From assembly GCF_006345805.1 (NCBI RefSeq), contig NC_043006.1, positions 64,356,001-64,420,000 of the forward strand: DNA of 64,000 bases, in the 5' to 3' direction. The translations under genes were made by a program, and so were the position numbers. Of this stretch, positions 53,497 to 64,000 are shown piece by piece. Source of the DNA: Octopus sinensis (lineage: Eukaryota). Position 1 is the stretch's first letter. Every line of letters begins with the position of its first letter. The notes under the pieces are model-generated. The model was given only the letters and a program-made list of their open reading frames with translations. It was not told the origin of the DNA and made no database searches.

Positions 53497-54200
53497 CTGC
53501 CTTTGTTTAGAAAGTGCTGTCTGAGCGAATCACACAGCACTCGAAGCCACTGTCTCCCTCTTCTGAGATAAAATCTGTCAATATCACCATTTCAGTGGAA
53601 ATTTGCTGTCAATGTCGGAGTCTCACAGGTCGTTGACCTGCCCTTACTGAGTCCCTTTCCTATCGTTCCTTTATCAATGTTTGTCTTCTTTTTACTTTTA
53701 CTTTTTGTCTTTTCTTCTATGATTGCTCTTTTAACCGGTGAGTCAGTGAGGATTTCAGAACAACGGTTCTTTCTTCCTCTGGTTGATTCTTTCCTAGAGC
53801 CTGCTTTGGGTAGTGGACGGATTTGAAATGGTGAAAGAAAAGACCTGGCGGCTATGTTGCTTGAAGGCTCAGGTGCTGCAGGTACTGAAAGTGCAGGAAC
53901 CGGTCGATCAGCGACATAGCTTGGTGCAAAGTCGCTGTCCGTGAAAATGTTGCGATTAAAAGGGCATAGTCCTGTAGAAGAAAAGCCACTAAGAATGTTC
54001 GTCGGGGTTGCAGTCAATGGCCATGCAGTTTTGACAATACATGGAATGTCATAAATGGTCATGGTCTGGCCAGGATGGTTGATATACCAGTCATCAATGG
54101 CAGTGTTTGTGTACTCTTCAATGGTCCATAGACCGCTTTGTCCAACGGTTGTAACCTGTGTGTGCAGTGAGGTGGGAAAGAAAGCATTGAAAGCAAAACG
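53490..54200 (-). mobile_element. pogo/Tigger-family (DDE_1) transposase C-terminal remnant
   Basis: MLSFPPHCTHRLQPLDKAVYGPLK, then a 1-bp frameshift to DDWYINHPGQTMTIYDIPCIVKTAWPLTATPTNILSGFSSTGLCPFN...IRPLPKA...ILTDSPVK; 5'-truncated. Confidence 0.88.
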
Positions 54201-54534
54201 AAGCTCTGAGTGTTTACCTACCTTTTAGTTTCAAGCATGCCTGGTCAAGGCATAACTTCATGCTTATATATCAGTGGTACAGGTTACAAAGCTGAGGCAG
54301 TATACAAGCTGTTGACTAAGTAGGTAGCGGTATGAAGATAGAATAGGTTGGTATAGATAAAGATAGCTGATCTAAAACTATAGCAAGCAATACATAAGGG
54401 TAAAAGTCCGTCGCAGGATTACTCATTTTTGCCAGCTGAGTGGACTGGAGCAACGTATTTATACCACTCGTTGTGTAGAACAGGTTCAGATAGAGAGACC
54501 ATTGTATGTATGTATGTATGTATGTATGTATGCT

Positions 54535-55090
54535 ATGTCAGGTCACTTTCGAGTGCTACTGGTAACATGTAACCCAGTACAACCTGTTGCATGGTCGGGT
54601 CGTCGGCGACTAAACCGGCAACCCCACCAAGCTTGCTTGATGAAGAGGGTGTTTATTGGACACCCTGCGGGATGAAAAATAAAACCTGTCAAAGGGCGGA
54701 GGAACTCTTGAGAGTCAACGGCCATCCAATAAATGTCTTAAGGCTGTATCATGCGCGGGGACATAGAAATAATCGGACTGAATACCCGATCGCGCGGTTA
54801 AACCATTGGGAGTGAAGGACTCCTCGCCTTTGTTAGGGCATCCTTCTAGGAGAAGGCAGCTCAGGTAACTGGGATAACTCCGACATAAAACCTGCGGCTC
54901 AGTGGTTACCGATGATGTTGACTCGTTCTTCGTTTCGGATTATGGCTGTTGTTGCTTAGTGAGTGGGATTGACTCAGTGCACAATCTTTCCCCACTTTAA
55001 AATAAAATCTTCTTGCACAGGCATTGCACGATAACAACATTGATTAAGCTTCGGGAAATGGCCATACTCGATAACGAGGGGGCAGCCACC
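54535..55090 (+). mobile_element. Non-coding RTE-related retroposon between (GTAT)n tracts
   Basis: CpG-rich; contains the tagggcatccttctaggagaagg motif typical of RTE 5' regions; homologous to 5110-5334; (GTAT)n on both sides. Confidence 0.5.
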
Positions 55091-58000
55091 ATGTATGTAT
55101 GCATGTATGTATGTATGTATGTATGTACGTACGTATGTATGTATGTATGTATGTATGTATGTATGTATGTATGTATGTATGTATGTCTTCACACCTGCAC
55201 ATAACGCTGAAAGGCCACAAGCCAGATAGACTCCAACTTCCCGAAGTTAATTCATTATGCGATCTATGTTGTAAGGAATTTTCCATCTGATCTGAACTCA
55301 CAAGGCACATAGAAGTACAGAGTTAAGGAGCTGCACAGAATGAGCGCCCAATTACAACATACGAATATGAATGCGGCATCCGTAACAGAAATGCAAGTCG
55401 TTTGTGGGCTTTAAAAAGCCATTTGTAAGTCCGTTGGTCACAGAACAAAAGAAACCGAGAAACACGCAAATTTGTCAGACAGCCACCGTGTGTGTGTGTG
55501 TGTGTGTGTGTGTTTACTCCGACCTGTCTGCTAATATAAAAACAATACAAACTTTATGCTGACCTGTTGCTTTTATTTAAACAAGCTAAACATAAATATT
55601 ATTAATGCTAAGTTAAAAACTAGAGCATTCTATTTTACATAAACAAATAAGTATCCGATATCACTGTTTTATTGTTTAGTTGTGACGCGTCCTGCGTCGT
55701 CTTGAACAATCAGATTTCAATTATCTCGTTCTTATTCCCTCGTTCATTCGTATTTCGTTTTCTTTTATGGTGTACAAACAGAAGAAAGCATATCAGATTC
55801 GCAAGAAACGATTGAAGTTGTATTTGCAAAAATAGGTTAAGAGAATTCGAAGAATAAAGTAAGCTAGCATGTTGCGAGATAAGGTAGCAAGCCAAAGAAG
55901 AGAAATTAATAAAATACAATTTTGAGTGACTGAACGAGACAAGCGGACGAGATGGTGGATCATTCATAATTTATTCTTTCTACCATATGCACAAAGGTCT
56001 GAAGTATTGAGGGATGGGACTAGTCGATTACATCGACCCTAGTACTCAACTGGGTGATACTTATTTTATAGACCCCGAAAGGATGAATGATAAAGTCAAC
56101 AAAGACGGAATTTGAACTCAAAACGTGAAGCCAGAAAAAAATGACGCTAAGCATTTTGCTGGACGTGCTGACAATTCTGCCATCTCGCCCCCTTTTTTAG
56201 TCGTCTCTAATTTTAGAGAAGTAGTGTTTAGTGCGAGCAGATATAGAGATTCTTTTGGCCCTCTCATCCATGACATAGGGCAATAACCTGGATGTGACAG
56301 TTGGTGAGAGAGAGAGAGAGAAAAGGGATTGATGAAACTGGCTGGTACTCATCATAGTAGGGTAGACTGGAGCAATGTGAATGAAGTGCCTTGCTGAAGG
56401 ACACCAGTAGGCAGCTGGTTCAAGAAGTGAACCCACGACTTCACTAACAACAAACCAGCATACCTTCATAAAGCCTTAAACTATATTTTTAGAAACCCAC
56501 AGTGCATATAGATAGCCTCTGTGGTGCCTCATTTGAGGCAGATAAGAGTACCACGTGGAACATAAATGTTCCTGCTCGAGCCATGCCAGGCTCATAAGGG
56601 CCGGTTTCAGTGGCGTAGAAATTCCCCACCTGGACGGGACGCCGGTCCGTCGCAGGATTACTCATTTTTGCCAGCTGAGTGGGCTGGAGCAACGTGAAAA
56701 TGAAGTGCTTTGCTCAAGAACACAACGCATCGCCCAATCCAGGAATCGAAACCACAACCTTACGATCATGGGTTCAACACCCTGACCACTAAGCCACGCG
56801 CCTCCACACGTGGAACATAACATAACGTTATTTAAAGCACTGTAATTATTTGGCTTGATGAATGTATTAAAATATTTTTAATTAATGTGGCTTAGTCGCA
56901 GGCATGGCTGTGTGGTTAAGAAGTTCGCTTTACAACCACGAAGTGTCAAGTTCAAATCCGCTGCGTCACATTTTGGGCAAGTATCTTCAACTATAGCCCT
57001 TGGGTGGACTAACGCCTTGTGAGTGAATTTGGTTGATGGAAACTCTGTGTTTTGGTTTGTCCCTTGCTCCTAGTTTGACAACTGGTGTTTGTTTGTTTAT
57101 GTCCCCATAAGCTAGCAGTTCGGCAAAAGAATACAACAAATGACTTTCAGTCACTGGATTGCGGCCATACTAGGGCACTGCCTTGAAAGGTTTTACTCAA
57201 ACAAATCGACGCTAGTACTTAATTTTTTTTTTTTAAGTTTGGTACTTATTCTATCGGTCTCTTTTGCTGAGCTGTTAAGTTGTGGGGACTTAAAGCAAAC
57301 AATGGATTAAATCTACTACCGAAGTATTCCACAGTAAGGATTTGATCTCATAACCCAAACGACGGGAACAAACATCACAAGACATCCGGTCTGATATTCT
57401 AACAGTTCTGTTAACTTACACCCGTGGGTTGGTGCTCTTTTATTGACACCGAAAGAACAAGAGACAAAGCTCTATCGACAACTCTAATTGGTCACTTGGT
57501 TCATCACCCGGGTACACAGAGGCAGAATTTAAACTCAGAACGTAAAGAGCCGGAACAAATGTCGTAGGGCGTTCGGTCCGGCATTCTTACAATCCCACCA
57601 ATCCGCTCTGGATTTGCGAAACTTTGGTAAAATCGTTAAAGCATCGAAAAAATATTCCGCAGCATTTCTTTTGGTTATTTACTTCCTCGGTTCAAATCTC
57701 ACCATTGTCTTACTTTTTCATCCCTCGGGTAATAAACGTAGCTGAGAGCGCGGGATAAGAAGGGGGTCCGCTCCAGACGACGCTTTTATTGATGGGAGGC
57801 ACTTCTGGGTCTGCTCGATAAGCAGATCGGGGGGAGGGGAAAACTGAAGGTTGACCGACCCAAGTGACACAATCTAGCTACGTCACAACCCTTTGCAGTT
57901 AATGATATATTGTACCAGTAAAAAATGGAGTCGAAAACATTGTCTAATTGCCCTCCCTATCAAAATTGCTGGTTTTACGTTTAAATCATCATTATTGTTA

Positions 58001-58868
58001 CTTTATTCTCTCAAAGACAGCGCGATGGCAGAATCGTTAGCGCGTCGAACAAAGTGCTTAGCAGCATTTCTTCAAACCCTTTACGTTCTACGTTCAAATT
58101 CCACCCTGGTTGACTTTGCCTTTCATCCTTTCGCAGTCGACAAAATAAGTACCAGTTAAACACTGGGGTCGATGTTATCAACTTCCCCACCCCTCATATT
58201 TGTTGGCTAAAATTTTAAAAAAATGGATTATTATTTTGTCGAGTTCACTTTCAATATTTGTTTCGTTCTTCAAATTTCTTCCTTTCTTTTTATTTTTACG
58301 TATTTCACAGCATTTTTGTATTCTTTTCAAAGTTTTCTTATCAAGACTTTCTTAGGTGGGGGAGAGGGTGGAGGGATCTTTTATTTGCTGTGGTTTTTGA
58401 TTTCTTTTTTAATGGCCTGTGTGAAACCAGGTCATTTTTCTGTTTCTATTTGCTCTTGTCATCAATAATACCTAGGCCAGGCTTCAGAATGTGCGTGCGT
58501 GCGCGCGCGCGTGTGTGATGAGTTTTGCAGACATATACATATACAACCTTCCAACAGCGCACAGACACAGACAAGTATGCACACGCAAGTACATACATGG
58601 ATAGATAGTGTGTTTATATACTGTATATATATAGTAAATCAAAAAAAAAAAAACGGAGAACAAACACAAGAAAAAAACAACAACGCGAGCACGTCGTACA
58701 TGCAAGCTATTAGCAGACGCTCAGGGAAGGAAGAAAGGTGGTTTTACGTTTCGAGCAAAGCTTTTCTTCATAAACCGGAGACAGAAGAAATTCCAAGAGA
58801 AAAGGAAGACGGAGGGAAAAAATCGCCAACTATATGTACACACACACACACCACACACACACACACAC

Positions 58869-58920
<52 letters not shown>

Positions 58921-60509
58921 CATGCACAAATAAACGCATACACATTTATATCTATAAGTATACCGACATACACACATCCATCAAAATACAGACAGATTGG
59001 GATACAGTGGGATACAAATGAAAGAACAGAAAGCTTTAAAAATGCCAAAGAGTTTTAATATTTGCGTTTTACACGTCTCAGAATTGCATTACTTAATATT
59101 TCACAAACGAAAATCTCTTCCGATTGTTCGGATGCTTAACATTAAGTGATGAGGCGATCGCAGTTTCTGAATAAGGCTGACAATCATTCAGTGATACGAG
59201 AGGTTTGTTATCATTGGCCAGTTCGGATCACCTGATGAAATTTTAATCTCAGTGACTTGTGCTAGCTGCTGCATAAAAGGCAACTCATGCATGTGGACGA
59301 GAGTAGACTCTCTTACTTTCGTAAGCGTTTCCCCGGCAATTTTTGTAAGAAATTAGCACTTTATACATGTTTGTTAAACACATTCTGTCAACAATATGAT
59401 TCTTAAGTGTATTGTATGATTTTCATAAACATGATTGAGCACAACACATACACATTCACGTACATACGCATGTGTATATTACAAGTTTATACGCATACAT
59501 ATATTTACATGTGTGTATGTGCGTACGTAACTACGTCCTAATGGCAACAGATAATACATTTGACAAAACAGACGAGCCATTCTCTTCAAGCTTCTGCAGA
59601 AAACATTTCTCATCGAAGAAACTAAACGAAAAACACGTGCCCACAACTGACCTCTTATCTCCGGACACACACACACACACACACACACACCTTAATTTAT
59701 TCCTTTATGAAATATCAACTTTGGAGAATCCCTGATACTTCAGTTTTTGCTAATTATGAAACATCCTCTGAGATGTTTCATAATTTTTAATAAATCAGAT
59801 ATTTATTAAAGTTGTATAGCATTTGATATACCTGTATTTATCGATGCTTTTCAAATACGTGCCACTGGCCTCCCTAAGTTACTTCTCTTAGCTCATTTGT
59901 TTTAAGTTACGCAATTTCAATTTCAATCCTCATTGCCTGCCATGAGACTCATTTGGAGATTTACTAAAAACAATCTCACTCCCGGTTGTATTTAAAGTGA
60001 ATTGCTTATGTACAAATGCATTTGCAGGGGTGTGTTTAACAATATTTAGTAGTTAAAGTTTGTCGTTATTAGTTCTGGTTAATTCTAGTGGACATAAATC
60101 GCAATTTTTGAAATACAAAATTATAGACTGTTTTGAAAACTTTTTTTTTATTTTGTATTTCCCATCTATATCATTCGTTAATATTTCATACACATTCACA
60201 TTTAATATTATAGTTTCAAAAACAAAAAAAGAAGAAACCAAAATGTTTATTATTGCAACTGAATAGGAAAGGAGAAATATACATTTTTCAGGGATTTGGG
60301 ACTTTTTGAAAAATTTATCATAATTCACATATGAATAAAATTTAAAGACTATATATTATTTTAATTCTTAAAGACACCTGGCAAAGCCAAAAGATATGAA
60401 TTTTAAAAATTGGTATTTAATGGGTTGATATTCCGTTTATAGTGGTCTCCCCTTGATCCCTGGCATCCAAAACAGAATTGAACTATGCACCTTCCGATTT
60501 ATAATCTCA

Positions 60510-61502
60510 CTAGCAGTATCGCCCGGCGTTGCTCGGGTTGTAAGGGAAATAACTATATAAGCATTTTTAGAGAGTTATAGCCAAAAAATAGCAAAAAAGT
60601 GCATTAAAAATTGAAAAAAAATTACGGTAAATTTTTCTTTAAATCGTTGACACATCGTAGATATTTTTAGAGAGTTACTTCCCTTATATAAAAGCGAAAA
60701 AAATGCATTAAAATGGAAAAATATGATGGTAATTTTTTTTTAAATCGTAGACTCATCGTAGACGCGCGCTAATACCCAGAAGGGCTCGTTTGTTATTCTG
60801 GGTAACTTTCTGTAAAATTATTAAAATTTTGTTCAAACATCGCTATAGAAAATAGGTTATTAGCTAATATTCAATTGGGTATACAACAAAATTTTCGATA
60901 GAATTTGTTATTCTGGGTAACTTTCTGTAAAATTATTAAAATTTTGTTCAAACATCGCTATAGAAAATGGGTTATTAGCTAATATTCAATTGGGTATACA
61001 ACAAAATTTTACGATAGAATTTGTTATTCTGGGTAACTTCTGTAAAATTATTAAAATTTTGTTCAAACATCGCTATAAAAATGGGTTATTAGCTAATATT
61101 CAATTGGGTATACAACAAAATTTTACGATAGAATTTGTATTCTGGGTAACTTTCTGTAAAATTATTAAAATTTTGTTCAAACATCGCTATAGAAAATGGG
61201 TTATTAGCTAATATTCAATTGGGTATACAACAAAATTTTACGATAGAATTGTTATTCTGGGTAACTTTCTGTAAAATTATTAAAATTTTGTTCAAACATC
61301 GCTATAGAAAATGGGTTATTAGCTAATATTCAATTGGGTATACAACAAAATTTTACGATAGAATTTGTTATTCTGGGTAACTTTCTGTAAAATTATTAAA
61401 ATTTTGTTCAAACATCGCTATAAAAATGGGTTATTAGCTAATATTCAATTGGGTATACAACAAAATTTTACGATAGAATTTGTTATTCTGGGTAACTTTC
61501 TG
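60510..61502 (-). mobile_element. Non-autonomous Helitron-like element (3' end at 60510)
   Basis: Minus strand ends CCCGAGCAACGCCGGG (hairpin)-CGATACTG-CTAG|T, the canonical Helitron 3' terminus; the 5' boundary is uncertain. Confidence 0.7.
60789..61502 (+). repeat. ~115-bp tandem satellite, about 6.2 copies
   Basis: ctgggtaac at 60798, 60913, 61029, 61142, 61257, 61373 and 61488. Confidence 0.95.
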
Positions 61503-62439
61503 ATACCCATATAATATTTATGGCAAAATAGGCCTTAATTTCATTTAAGGTTGTGGGAAATAACAAATTATCATTTCTTTCGGTTTGTTTACGTTTAGCG
61601 TAATGATTTCAAATAGGCTCATTCGAAAAAGTAAATAGAAATAGTCTAAGGCTTTATTCTTCTGGGAAAGTCTGTGGCTTGGTCCAGTTTCTTCAGAAAA
61701 CTCACCGAAAGAAACAGTTTTTAAATTTTCACTCCATTCAGGTACCAATTCGTTTTCTTTATCGCTGTCGGATTCACTGTTTTCACTTTAATAGCTGCAA
61801 ACTTGCAAAGACAAAGGAGGAGAAGGGTGATAGCGTCAGTGAAACAATTCGCTCCCTTTGGTGTGTGTGCGTTTGCGTGTGGTGTAAACCAGACTAAGAA
61901 AAGCATTTGACACACACACCAGAATGTGAGTTTTCTGTAAATTTTGCTTAATTGGAGTTTAAATTTTAAAAACTGGACCTGGCATGACGCGATGCATTGT
62001 ACTCTTAAAAATGCTAGGTAAATTGTAATTGAAGAAATCCTATATTGTAGATTTGTATAACTCCCAAAGGGAGGCAGATAAAATCTGCCTTTTATAATAA
62101 GAGATGTGTTCGGTTGAGTTTGTAAGGCTCAAAAGCTATTTCTTAACAGATCATACCTTTTAAACGGCTTACGGTAAATCAGCGGACCCTGATTTCGTCA
62201 GCATTGTTTTATACCAAAACTGTCATAGAGGGTAAAAAAATTACCTTATTCGAAGACATATGAGACAATGTATCAAAGAATCACCCCGAGTCTATGATGC
62301 GAAGTTGCTTTAACTATTACATGCTTTAATGCATCAAAGAAAAAAATCTCAGTGGTGTTGTGCTGTTAAAATTGTGGGACGTCTAATATATGCGTGTGTT
62401 TTTTTATGCCACCAAATACGTTGACTATTTTGAACTTCC

Positions 62440-63040
62440 TTCAAACTTATGAATTCATAATCATGTTCGTTATCGTCAGATATCTATCATACTATGAACG
62501 TCTTGCTTCCCTGGACATGGACATATTAAAGCTCTGACATTTAGAAACTGACTTGGTGGATACCTTCAAGATTACTCACCATCTTTCCAGCGGCAAGCTT
62601 AAGCACCCTTTTGAATTCTGTTTGTCTAACATTCTTGAACATGCGTACAAAATAAAAAGAACAACTCAGTACCAATGACTTTCGGAAACATTTTTTCACG
62701 CTTAGAATTGCTGAAGCATGGAAGAAGCTACCAGCTGCGAGCTGGCAGAAACGTTAGCACGCCGGGCGAAATACGGCTAAGTATTTCGCCTGCCGCTACG
62801 TTCTAAGTTCAAATTCCGCCGAGGTCGACTTTGCCTTTCATCCTTTCGGGGTCGATAAATTAAGTACCAGTTACGCACTGGGGGTCAATGTAATCGACTT
62901 AATCCGTTTGTCCTCTCTGTATTTAGCCCCTTGTGGGCAATAAAGACATAAAAAGCTACCCGCATCAGATGTTAGCTGTCGCGACATTGCATCTTTCAAG
63001 ACGTCCGTGCTTCCTGAAATTCGCCAGCAGTACACCTAAT
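62440..63040 (+). mobile_element. CR1/L2-clade LINE 3' coding remnant interrupted by a SINE
   Basis: LSYYERLASLDMD...DLVDTFKI...FRKHFFTLRIAEAWKKLP|ASDVSCRDIASFKTS; the frame rejoins across the SINE. Confidence 0.75.
62733..62952 (+). mobile_element. Young SINE family B with 8-bp TSD
   Basis: AAGCTACC at 62725-32 and 62953-60. Confidence 0.85.
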
Positions 63041-64000
63041 GTCCCTGCTCTCTTATTCTTAAAACGGTTCACCCCCCACCCCTAAATTGGTTTTGTTTCA
63101 AAATTTGAAACAAACATTTAGATTTCTATCATGGAACCCGTAATGGTTGGAGTCAAACATCACTCGGTAGCTTTTCCTATTTACACTTTACCACTTGCCA
63201 TTACATACTAAATACCTACCATATTTGATGTCATATAAAACGCACTTTTATTTCAAAATACGTCTCAAAAATGTCGCCCTAGGTCCTATATGCGAAGTTG
63301 GGCCTCTCATGAGCTGATTTTGTCCCTGACACTCACTACTAAAGACTAATTTTAATCCAGACTCCATAGCCTGACTCCATTATAATAATATTGACTTCAA
63401 CATTATTATTACTTCTAACGTAAAAAAAATTATCATAACAATGGAGCGGCGACGTTCACCACTACAAGCTAATACATCACGTCTAAATATGCTTAAACAC
63501 ACTCCTATAAATATTGAACTGGAATTCACAGAGGAAGGGGCATAACTGAAAGTAAATGTCGCTAGTGGTTAAAAACTAACCTAGAAAACATTAACATTAA
63601 GACCGCAAAGAAATGTCTCCATCAAGCTTTAGTGCACTAGAAACTTCTCTCTTGAATATCTAACGCTGAAATTTGCATTTATGATGCCATCAAATACGGT
63701 TATAAAGTTTTTCTACGCAACTTTTGCACAATCTTAATGAATAATCTCCCTTACAAGCAAAGGCTAGATTTATTACTCAGTACCTTTCTTAAAATACACC
63801 GGTACTCTAACAGAAGCAACGTATAGATTACACTGTTCTAGTAACTACTACTGACTGTCGATTGCTTCTGGGTGAGGCTGCTATTCATTGGTGGTGGGAT
63901 TGATGGCTGCTGACTTCAAATAAGGAGGAAGAAATTGTTCAAGGAAACTGAACTCTCATTCAGCAACAATAATCAGAGATCTCTACTGCTTCAATTTAAA

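Noticed and set aside
63180-63600. Possible Penelope RT remnant (KNVALGP, NIELEFTEE)
   Set aside because: Similarity too weak and no YVDD motif; needs an HMM search.

Overview
AT-rich, intron-rich animal genomic DNA with no prokaryotic features. The repeat landscape (dense TA/CA/TACA/GAT microsatellites, several tRNA-derived SINE families, RTE tails) resembles octopus/cephalopod genomes; this is an inference. One protein-coding gene is well supported: a 4-exon, 245-aa cytochrome b561-family ascorbate-dependent reductase on the + strand (33454-39965), with all splice sites GT-AG and all four heme histidines present. The rest is transposable-element debris: Tc1/mariner and pogo remnants, CR1/L2- and RTE-type LINE fragments, Helitron-like ends, and MITEs with diagnostic target-site duplications (piggyBac TTAA, hAT 8 bp, Mutator-like 9 bp, TA). 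The most notable signal is a set of type I hammerhead ribozymes (HHRs) in non-coding repeats. A ~533-bp tandem repeat at 14491-15768 has an intact HHR core in each complete unit, a retrozyme/Penelope-like arrangement predicting a self-excised 533-nt RNA. Further HHRs or remnants lie at 4111-4154, 4162-4204 and 13665-13752. SINE/LINE boundaries are approximate and only representative copies are listed.
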